Below, piece by piece: positions 54,369-64,000 of a DNA stretch of 64,000 nucleotides. The translations under genes were made by a program, and so were the position numbers. Within the stretch, counting starts at the first letter, position 1. Every line of letters begins with the position of its first letter. Source of the DNA: Octopus sinensis (taxonomy: Eukaryota); assembly GCF_006345805.1 (NCBI RefSeq), contig NC_042998.1:146382001-146446000 (forward strand), read 5' to 3'. A model generated the notes under the pieces. The model was not told the origin of the DNA. It searched no databases and saw nothing but the letters and a program-made list of their open reading frames with translations.

Positions 54369-55310
54369 ACACATACACACACAATACACTCTAACTGAAA
54401 TAAAAGTTTCCCTAAAATTAAACATATACAAAGTATATTTATAGCAGCTCACACACACAAACATACGCACACATATATACATACAATTCACCATACACTT
54501 AAACAACCACATACATACCCCCCCCCCAATATTTTACCCAAACATGCCCCTCCCAAACATTCACATACACACATGCACATTGACACTTACACTAAAAATA
54601 CAAGCAAGGCAATTTGACCCAAGCAATTTTGGATATCTTGTATCGCTAAAGTGTAGAAAGTATCTTTTTTTTTTAAGGAGAATTTTATGTAGATTTTTTT
54701 AAACATCAAATGACCACCTTCATGAAATGTCGCAGTATAGGATGTGGCTTCCTTGAGCGCTGGACCCGATTGGGAGCAATCGGTCCAATTGGCCATGAAG
54801 CCGGCCCTGTTCACACAGTCACTTGGGTGAATTGCCAGAGAACCTGGATGATGCTAACGAAGAACAAGGTGGGCACTTTCATTAAGATATAAAAGTAACA
54901 GAAGAATGCTACCGAGGTTGGTGGGACTTAAACATGATGGCAGATTACTGCTGGGGCTTGATGAGAGATATTCCAGAAGTTGTGCACAAGAGATCGTCAA
55001 AAAGAGGGAGTTCATGCAGGAATGATTTGATCAGAATGAACTACCACAATGAATACAGATTTTGTATTCATATTTTGTTTACATGCTAATGTGCATTTAC
55101 TCCCACAACTTTGTGTTTAGATTTATTAGATAAAAAAAAAGAGACATTGTCTATTAAAAATTGCACCTACATGCGTTTAATTCTTTTTTTATGAGCATTA
55201 AATAGTTGTTTCTAGTAAAACTAAAAGATTTTATACCTAAAAAATCTGATGTGATAGACAAAATTTGATGCCAGATTCAGCAACCCAAAATTAGCTAAAA
55301 ACCATTGATA
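52392..55310 (+). mobile_element. Decayed Chapaev(3)-like (CMC superfamily) DNA transposon, interrupted by a hAT-type element
   Basis: CYVCGNFT, APHKLCTTCV, KLGVVKQFIKAL, GIFDEPQIR, NFLGNGKADNY, KL..SH|SHLGELPENL...EEQG.HFH.DIK, NMMADYCW; family name from recall; ends approximate. Confidence 0.65.
53200..54809. mobile_element. Non-autonomous hAT-type element with 8-bp TSD TTCACACA
   Basis: TIR CAGGGCCGGC / GCCGGCCCTG; TTCACACA at 53192-53199 and 54810-54817; removing it restores the transposase frame. Confidence 0.88.
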
Positions 55311-55539
55311 AACCTTGAGTCAGGAAATATTTCTCTTCACTCCCAAATAACTATCAAACAGCTATCGATAATTCAACCCAACCAATTCCTACCAGGAAGA
55401 AATTACATTCGAGACTTTACCCCCAACACCGCCACTTCTGCTAATAGCTGCTGCAGCCGCAAGTTATTCGAATACTTTTTTTGTTTAAACTTTCTTTATA
55501 ACTACCACCCTAAACGTTTTATCATAAATTTTTGACGTA

Positions 55540-56368
55540 CCCTAAGGGTCCTCGGACGCTATTTGCAAACTCTTGGTTTATTATAAACCGCTTTTGTCGT
55601 GTGCACCAAAAAACATTTTCCATTCGTTTGTTCAGTTTGGTCACTTTTGACTTTTTCGTTGTTGTCACTCACATTGCTGCCCGCTTTTTTGCCGTTTTTG
55701 TACATTTTTATACATTTTGGGATACTTACCCCACGTGTTCCGAGAGTTAAAAAGGTCGAGTTGCGTGCCCTAGACAGTCTGTGGTTTGTGTTTAATACAC
55801 AAATCGGTTTGCTATATGTGCCACATATGATTTAATTAACCGATTTTTTCCAGTAATAAAGTATCCTATTGGAATAAAAAGGGCCATATAGCTCCTTGGA
55901 GCAGACATGATGCTCGCTGTGAATTTAAAAAGAAATTCCTGCCAATTTGTGAAAGATATTGTCGAAAATATGTCATCTTGATTTCCCAAAATGGCATAAT
56001 TTTATCGATTTTTTCTGATGGTAAGGTATTGCATGGAAAACTAACGTCAGAATTAAGTTTCTTAGGGTAACATTAAGCTTCACCATGAGTTTGGTGAAAA
56101 TCGATTGCAAGTTGCGAAAACTACAACAGAAAATGTGTTGCATATAAAAAGCTTAGATTCTCGACCCCATGTCGAATTTATAGATTTTTTTCAGAACTGG
56201 GGGAACTTTTCAAAATTTTCGCTGCGTTAGTTTTGAATTATGACATTGGGCTATGTGTGTGTGTCAAGTTTCATCAGAATCGGTTGAAAGCCGTGGTCAG
56301 GGTGAGGGTACAACCTGACAGACACACAGACACACAGACAGACAAACTGCCGTTTATATAGAGAGAGA
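55540..56368 (-). mobile_element. Non-autonomous Helitron-like element
   Basis: Reverse strand starts A|TCTCTCTCTATATAAACGGCAGTTTGTCTGTCTG; 3' end not located. Confidence 0.5.
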
Positions 56369-56425
56369 TGTTCAAATTAATTTATATTGTTATAACAAAT
56401 ATATCTTTAAAATTAATAAAATTAT

Positions 56426-56668
56426 TTATTTTAATTTATATTTACATTTATTGTTTCGTTCCTCCAATGCATTTACTAACGCATAATAGCTATTAAATAA
56501 TATTTCTTTAAATTCGTTATTACATAGTGAACAATAATTACTCCCTATAGAATATGATTTACCCCTACAAATAATCCCCCAATTTAATTTGTATTTAATG
56601 GATCTAGATTTAATGTCCCAAATATATTTACTGAGACCTGTTGAATTTATAAGAGTTTTATTAATCAA
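56426..56668 (-). pseudogene. Penelope-like element GIY-YIG endonuclease C-terminal remnant
   Basis: STGLSKYIWDIK...IKYKLNWGII...SYSIGSNYCSLC...E...IL...N...E...KCK resembles PLE C-termini. Confidence 0.7.
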
Positions 56669-56844
56669 GAATATCTCAACATATGTATTCTTTTAGAATA
56701 CATATGTTGAGATATTCTAGATTTAATTTTATTCGAAGTGTACCCTATATAAATATAGATATCTATTTTAAAGAATATATTTATATTTTAAAAGATTATT
56801 TACGTATATTTATTAATAAATTATTTTATTATTGTAGTTATTTT

Positions 56845-56951
56845 TAACCTGATGAGTGGCTATATTTATATTGAAGTGATTTTACTACTACTACTACTAA
56901 TATTTTTACTATAATCATTTCTTAAATATAGCCACGAAACACGTGTCGTTA
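56845..56951 (+). ncRNA. Minimal type I hammerhead ribozyme with a long helix II loop
   Basis: TAAC-CTGATGA-GTGGCTATATTTA...TAAATATAGCCAC-GAAA-C ACGT G-TC-GTTA: intact core, 13-bp helix II, 4-bp helix I, GUC cleavage triplet. Confidence 0.78.
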
Positions 56952-57212
56952 TTCTACTAAATATATACGTTTTATTTATTATTTTGCACATTACTTAATC
57001 ATCGGTATTTTTTTTATCTTATATTTAATATTTCTATTATATGTAATTTTCTAGATGGTGCAATTTAATTTTTCATTTTTAATTGATAAAAGGTGGGTTT
57101 TTTTTCTAATTTATAAATATATATTATATTTTGTGAAATTTGATTTAGTATTTCTAAATTGAATTTTTCCCCTGTAAGTTTGGAATAATATTCCCTCAAA
57201 TTATTATTATTA

Positions 57213-57289
<77 letters not shown>

Positions 57290-57294
<5 letters not shown>

Positions 57295-58200
57295 CTAATC
57301 TGACTTTAGTCACAACACCAACGTATCCAACATTCTCGTCGATTTCAAGATACTTGTAGCTTTCATCATTACTGTTAGGGGAGATAGAGAAGCCAGTGGT
57401 GTACATACTCTCTGAACGAGAATTTCTCCTCAGTTGATTATCATGTATGAGCATTTATCTTGTCCAAACTCCATTCTTATGTCTTGTGAGAATGCTGTGA
57501 TTAGTTTTAATTGTCAAAAAGATGTCCTTCGTATTACAAGATTATGATTTAGGTCATCAACAAAAAAATGTCGGAATAATATTACTTTTATTCTTTTTTG
57601 CCTATCTCAGTATGTAACCTTGGCATTTCGTTAACAGGGCTGATACGGGGTTCACTGCCAGTACAAACAACATCATAGATAAACTATCACCCTGGAATAT
57701 GCCTGCTGATAGCTTAATTCTGTTGCTTTAGTAGTTATCAGTGATACCTGGGTGGACCATGTGGCCAGTCTTTCAATGGCATTCACTATAGCAGCTGGTA
57801 CTTTGGCAAGGTGTACTAATTCTATCATCCATAAGTGAGGTACTGAGTCGAACGCCTTCTTGTAGTCTAGCCATATTGTTAAGAGATTACGGTTATGTTG
57901 CTTGACTTCCTTAACGTAAGGCGGCGAGCTCGCAGAAACGTTAGCACACCGGGCGAAATGCGTAGCCGTATTTTGTCTGCCGTTACGTTCTGAGTTTAAA
58001 TTCCGCCGAGGTCGACTTTGCCTTTCATCCCTTCGGGCTCGATTAAATAAGTACCAGTTACACCCTGGGGTCGATGTAATCGACTTAGTCTCTTTGTCTG
58101 TCTTTGTTTGTCCTCTCTGTTTTTAACCCCTTGTGGGTTGTAAAGAAATAGGTTATGTTGCTTGACTTCCTTAAGGACAGCTTTGTTGAGGTAGAGCTGT
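57290..58200 (-). pseudogene. Old, divergent R4/Dong-like RT remnant next to (TTA)n
   Basis: Reverse translation: QLYLNKAVLKEVKQHN, IWLDYKKAFDSVPH, HFFVDDL, FSQDIRMEFGQDKC, YKYLEI. Confidence 0.75.
57918..58150 (+). mobile_element. Type-A SINE with a 24-bp TSD
   Basis: GGTTATGTTGCTTGACTTCCTTAA at 57891-57914 and 58151-58174. Confidence 0.92.
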
Positions 58201-58395
58201 ATGTATGTATGTACGTACTACGTACGCATGTATGCATGCAGTATGTGTGTGTGCGCGCGTGTTTTGCCTATGGCTTATTCAATCTGTATAATTGAAGAAG
58301 CTATCAGTTTCTTCACATACATACATACATACATACATACGTACGTACGTACGTACGTACATAATACATACATACATACATACATACATACATAC

Positions 58396-58428
<33 letters not shown>

Positions 58429-58559
58429 GGTGGCTGCTCCCTCGTTATTGAGTATGGCCATTGTACGAAGCTTAATCAATGTTGTTATCGTGCAATGCCT
58501 GTGCAAGAATAATTTTTTTAAAGTGAGAAAAGGCTGTGCACTGAGTCAATCCCACTCAC

Positions 58560-58975
58560 TAAGCAACATCAGCCATAATCCGAAAAGAAGAACAAGTCAA
58601 CATCATCGGTAACCACTGAGCCGCAGGTTTTATGTCGGAGTTATCCCAGTTACCTGAGTTACCTTCTCCTATAAGGATGCCCTAACAAAGGCTAGGAGTC
58701 CTTCACTCCCAATGGTTTAACCGCGCCATCGGGTATTCAGTCCGATTATTTCTCTGTCCCCGCGCATGATACAGCCTTAAGAACTTTAGTGGATGGCCGT
58801 TGACTCTCAAGAGTTCCTCCGCCCTTTGACGGGTTTTGTTTTTCATCCCGCAGGGTGTCCAATAAACACCCTCTTCACCAAGCAAGTTGGTGGGGTTGCC
58901 GGTTTAGTCTCCGACGACCTGACCATGCAACAGGTTGTACTGGGTTACCAGTAGCACTCGAAAGTGACCTGACAT
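58560..58975 (-). mobile_element. Probable LINE 5' UTR fragment (RTE-like)
   Basis: GC-richer segment with a TAGGAGAAGGTAACTC motif, recalled from RTE-type 5' UTRs; no ORF. Confidence 0.3.
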
Positions 58976-59116
58976 ACATACATGCATACATACATACATA
59001 CATACATACATACATACATACATACATACATACATACATACATACATACATACATACATACATACATACATGTGTCTATGTGAGAGTGTGGGTGTGTGGT
59101 ATTATACTCACAGGCT

Positions 59117-60719
59117 GAATATCCATCCAGGTGTGCCAAACCGTTTCCGTTCACTCAGCTGCATCCAACTGTCTCATTTCAAAATGAGGAACTATAATGC
59201 GAACTATAATGGGGAACTACACCACCCCACAAACAGGGAATTATGGTATGTGTCAGTTGAATTCTTTACTTAGAATCGAGAGTCATTATCTCAATTTGCC
59301 AAGATCTTATCTTCTCTAATTTTACAGTTCGAGTTCCTAAATCAACAAATGTTAAATGATGTAACGCATTATCGTAAAGCATAAAATCTGCTCCCATCGT
59401 CAGAGTTGCGAACGCGCTGTAACATTTTCTTTGTTTGTTAAATATACGGTCTTTTTTCCATCTTTTTTTTTTTTGCAAATTGCTTTGGGTCAGTCCTCTT
59501 TGCTTTGCATAGTTCCCTTGTCCTGTATTGATTTCTATATGTAGGAAACAGCCGATTCAATCTTCTACGTGTGACTGCCGTCTATTTTTATTTACCCTGA
59601 AAGAATGAAGGGCAAAATCGACCTCTAAATATTTATTTCTTATTCAGGCATAAGGCCAGCAATTCTGAGGAAATGTTTTGCCAACCACACTCACTCCAGT
59701 ACTTGACTGGTACTTCATTTTATCGACCTCAAAAAGATGAAAAGAAAAGCTGACCTCGAAGGAATTATCACCAAGCCGAAATACCACAAAGCATTTTGTT
59801 TTTGTCTCTCATGATTCTGCTAGCTCGCTATCGTTGCAGAATAAATCCGATCCGGTACCTATTTTTAACCAATACAGCCAAGGGAAATAACTTTTAAAGA
59901 GATAAGTAAGGGAGAGCACTTATTTCGTTTACCAGGATAAAAATGTAATTTTTCAGGGAACGTCTTTTTTATGTTATCAATTTCGTATTTATTTATCGAC
60001 TTCGAAGAGATGACTTGAGAATTTGATGGTAGTAGCTACTTCTCCTAGCAAAATAAATATTGCTTTTTTTCTTGACACAATGGTACAATAGTAGTAGGTT
60101 TTAGTAGAGATCTCAATAGATGCCGTTTCGACGCTGATTCATTTGACATTAGACGTTTTAATGTTTCACTTGTTAAAATGTTTCTCTCCTCACCCACCTT
60201 TCTCTCTGCTTATGTGCCTACGTGTACTTCTCTTTAAGTGAATGGGGAGGGAAAGCGTTAATGCCAATTGTATTCAATTAATAATCCCCCTCTCTCTTTC
60301 TCTCTCTCTCTTTCCTTTTCTTTCTATGTGTATATTTCTGTACTCGTGTGCGCGCGCGTGCTGTATGCATGTATATATATGTGCACGCGCGAGACTTTTT
60401 TTTGTGTTTTTGCCTCTGTCATCAAAAACTACTGACGCTAAAAGAGAATGCCCATCCAGGTGTGCCAAACCGTTTCCGTCCACACAATTGTTCCCAAGTG
60501 TCTCATTCCAAAATGAGGAACTGTAATGCGTAGGTACTACACCACCCCCACAAACAAGGAATGATAGTATTGCTGATATATGTTTGTTGAATTATTCACT
60601 TAGAATTAGGAATCATAATCTCAATTTGCTAAGATCTTATCTTCTCTGATTTTACAGTACGTGCTCCTAAATCAATAAGTGTTAAATGGTGTAACGTCTT
60701 ATCATAAAGTAGATATCTG
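59117..60719. repeat. Diverged direct repeat of about 270 bp (59117-59390 and 60446-60719)
   Basis: CCATCCAGGTGTGCCAAACCGTTTCCGT...AAGATCTTATCTTCTCT...TTTACAG shared. Confidence 0.85.
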
Positions 60720-60839
60720 GTTGCGTTATGTGTCTATTCTGATTGTTACATAGAATAAAATAAACTTAGATATGTTTCGACCAACAGCTGGTCCCGGATA
60801 CGTCTAACTTAGTAGCACCACCTGATAGAATCTATTAGG

Positions 60840-61210
60840 TCATTTTAAAGTCAACTTTTGTAGTAGCATGACCCATTCAAATAGGGAGTTGTTGTTGACT
60901 GGGATGTATCCAGGTAGAAGTGGTTTGTTTAGTATCCCTTGAAGAAATTTGTCCAGATTTCGTTTGAAAGCTATGGAATCTTTTTCTTTGATTTGTTTTG
61001 GGGTAATGTTAAACAGAGCCGGGACTGTTGAGGAAAAGTAATTGTGTTGCATTGTATTTATGTGTTATGAGTGTGAATTGTGTATGTGTGTGGGGGCATA
61101 TGGTACGGGGTCCTAGCCTTTGATGGATTACGAATTTGCTGTTAAGGTTGTTTGGGCAATGCTAGTGGCATATACTTCATATTGTGCAAATGATGTAGAA
61201 TACATATTAT
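60840..61210 (-). pseudogene. 3' end of a CR1-group LINE ORF2
   Basis: HQRLGPR...QHNYFSSTVPALFNITPKQIK...FKRNLDKFLQ...PGY...NNNSLFEW resembles CR1/L2-group C-termini. Confidence 0.6.
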
Positions 61211-61229
61211 ATTAACACCATAATATCTG

Positions 61230-62580
61230 ACAGATTAAGAAGGTATTCAACCTCAGAAATTCACTGATAAAAGCAAACTATTCCACGGTGGGATTAGAAC
61301 TCAAAACAAAATGCCACAACAAATATCGCAAGGCATTTTACTCGACGCTCAAACGATTCTGCCAAATATTTATTTCTAATTTAGGCACAAAACCAATAAT
61401 TTTTGAGAGGAGAAGTCGATTATAGCGACTCCAGAACTTGACTGATACTTGATTTTATCGGCACCGAAACGACACAGTGCATACTTGATTGCAGTGGGAT
61501 TTGAACTCAGAGCATAAAATGTCGGAACAGATACTGCAAATGATTTTGTCCCATGCTCTGATTATTCTGCCAAATAATGATTTTAAATGTCGGCACAAGG
61601 CCAGCAATTTATTGTGGGAGAGTAATAGTTGTTTACATTGGTCCTAGTTCCTGATTGGTATTTTATTTTATTGACCCCAAACGGATGAAAGGGCAAAGTT
61701 GAGCCGGAAAAAATGCCACTAAGCATTTTGTCTGACGCGCTAACGATTCTGTTGAATCACCGCCTTGACTCTACCAAATAATCCTTTCTACTAAAGACAC
61801 AAGACCTGAAATTTTGGGGGAAGGGACTAGTCGATTAAATGGACCCCAGTGTTTCACTGGTACTTAATTTATTGACCCCGAAAGGATGTAAGACAAAGTC
61901 GACCTCGGCGGAATTTGAACTCAGACCGCCATGGCGGACTAAATATCGCTAAGCATTTCGCCCGACGTATGATAGATCACTAGCCATTATACCTTTTTCT
62001 ATTTTCTCTCCCTATTTATTTCTATGTTCCTTTCTGTCGAAGAGCGTAGGTTCGAAACGTAAAAGACTTTCTCACTTCCCGAGCGTTAAACTAATACATC
62101 TGTTTGTTGTTTACAGACCCATCTTCGTCTTTTTTTTAATTGTAAATTCTCACCACTAAGGATTCTGCCAGCTCACCACCTTAGACTCTGCAAAATACGT
62201 GGCACTCGGTCAGATACGACGACGAGGGTTCCAGTTGATCCGATCAATGGAACAACTTGCTCATGAAATTAACGTGCAAGTGGCTGAGCACTCCACAGAC
62301 ACGTATACCTTTAACGTAGTTCTCAGGGAGATTCAGCGTGACACAGAGTGTGACAAGGCTGGCCCTTTGAAATACAGGTACAGCAGAAACAGGAAGAAAG
62401 AGTGAGAGCAAGTTGTTGTGAAAGAGTACAGCAGGTTTCGCCATTACCCCCTGCCAGAGCCTAGTGGAGATTAAGGTGTTTTCGCTCAATAAACACTTAT
62501 AACGCTTGGTCTGGGAATCGAAACTGCGAGCCCGCTGCCTTAACTACTGGGTCATTGTGCCTCCCTACTCTACCAAATAA
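61230..62580 (-). mobile_element. Cluster of stacked SINE fragments
   Basis: Repeated reverse-strand type-A pieces (TTTGAACTCAGA, CTAAGCATTTCGCCCG, AACGATTCTGCC) and a SINE tail at 62200-62390. Confidence 0.7.
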
Positions 62581-62849
62581 GATAACGTTATGGTTGATCT
62601 ATTATAACAAAGAAACGAGAGAGTGGGGAGAAAGAGAGAGAGAGGGGGGGGAGAAGGGTAGAGAGAGATGGTGATCATAGAAACCTTATCTTAAGTGAAA
62701 ATGGTTGTGGTATAAATAAAAATCTTGTGGAAAGGTAAGAATCAATGCCAGTAATTATCTAATACGTATTATATCACCAACTGATTCAGATTTTTATTGT
62801 CCTATAAGGAGAATTTTTTCTCTCGAGACACCTTGTGCAGCGTTCGTAT

Positions 62850-63804
62850 TGTAGGGAATACGACCGTACGTAAGGAGTTGGTGACAAATGTCTCTACGGT
62901 CGCCCCTAACAAAATAAGAAGCCAAATACATAATATAAAACACAATGCCAAAAGGAATAAATGAGGACGACAAACCGTTCTACTGTTTGAGAGAGAAGAA
63001 GACTTTATTTACAATGTGTACAGAGATAAAGTATGGGTGCTAGCAAAGTGTAGTGTCTGAATGCATGCGCATAGGTGTATGCGACAGAGGTGTATACGTA
63101 TAAAACAGAATACAGAGCATAAGATCAGCATATTGAGTTAAGAGGGAATTTATTTACCAGTTCGTAAGTGACGTACACGATAGCAAGAGTTCTATAACAA
63201 GATGTTGTGGACACTAGGCAGAGGCCGGTTGGGTACATGTCGTGCAGCGGTTTGTGGCTTCAATGCCGTGTCGAGTCTCTTGATACAGAAATTTCTTTCA
63301 GGTAGACTGTAACTGTTTTACCTCGCTGAAATATTCACAAACAGCGTGGAGTCTAAACCTGGACGATGTTGTTGTGTACATATTTGAAGTTGACGGTGGT
63401 AATGGTGGAGACGTCCTACGCTGCTGGTGTATATTAGCGTCGTCATGGCTGAAGCAGGAGCATGGCTGTCTGGCTGGTCATCTGTCGCTGGAACTGGAAC
63501 ATGGCTGAGTAGCTCGGTGGTCAGTGACTAGACCTTAGAAGTTCTAGAGCCAAAGACCTGGACGGTTGTTGATCTCGCCCTTTTAAAGCCTGGGGTAGGC
63601 TCAAATGAAGCAGACCTTATCCGAAGACTGTGATTGGTTGGCTTACACACTGGCGCGAAATAAGTCGAAAGACAAACCGCGCCAAATGCCAACCAATCAG
63701 AGCAGTGGACACAACAGAGTCAAACTAGCCAAAGATGGTTGTAATCTCACACGAGATTATTCTTAATGTGTCTCTCAAACAGTGAGGATATCAGTTGCGC
63801 TACA
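62850..63804 (-). mobile_element. Solo LTR (955 bp) with 4-bp TSD GTAT
   Basis: TGTAG...CTACA terminal inverted repeat; GTAT at 62846-62849 and 63805-63808; CCAAT boxes, TATA-like TTTAAAAG and AATAAA in LTR order on the minus strand. Confidence 0.85.
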
Positions 63805-64000
63805 GTATTATCTTTACATGTTTGCATGTCCGAATACTACTCGACCATATTAAATAAAATTGTAAGCGTCTTCCTCCTCCTCTAAAGTTGCTGGTTTTGT
63901 ATCAAAGTTTGAAACTATTGCTAGAGTACAAAAGCTCAGAACAAAAACTGCTTAAAATTTCCTGGATCTGGATTGGTACTATCTCATTGATACAAAAAAA

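Noticed and set aside
58880-58975. Possible HDV-like ribozyme in the LINE 5' UTR fragment
   Set aside because: Could not fold a valid nested double pseudoknot (no P1/P3) by hand
62030-62075. TCGAAGAGCGTAGGTTCGAAACG hammerhead-like motif
   Set aside because: Lacks CTGANGA and a cleavage-site/helix I arrangement

Overview
AT-rich, repeat-saturated animal genomic DNA. The SINE families and dense microsatellites look like an Octopus genome; this is inferred from recalled repeat families, not from a search. No host protein-coding gene can be supported. The only clearly intact gene is one tRNA-Asn(GTT) at 35556-35629. Decayed elements: a Helitron (Rep + PIF1-like helicase) with a 3' terminus at 7223, a near full-length L1/Tx1-type LINE plus two 3' fragments of relatives, three R4/Dong-type RLE LINE remnants next to (TAA)n tracts, and a Chapaev-like transposase split by a hAT-type element with an 8-bp TSD. 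Also present: a Penelope-like GIY-YIG remnant beside an intact-looking minimal hammerhead ribozyme, a CR1-group 3' end, and a solo LTR with a 4-bp TSD. At 40967-45159 there is a three-level nest: a long-TIR element carrying TTAGGG repeats contains a related TIR element, which contains a young tRNA-Trp-primed LTR element with no recognisable ORF; each level has its own TSD. Other structures are a near-perfect 568-bp palindrome, a telomere-repeat-flanked hairpin and a 1.07-kb tandem duplication. I found no clear new biological system. The best leads are the nested TIR family, the non-coding LTR element, the hammerhead, and the Dong/(TAA)n/SINE architecture.
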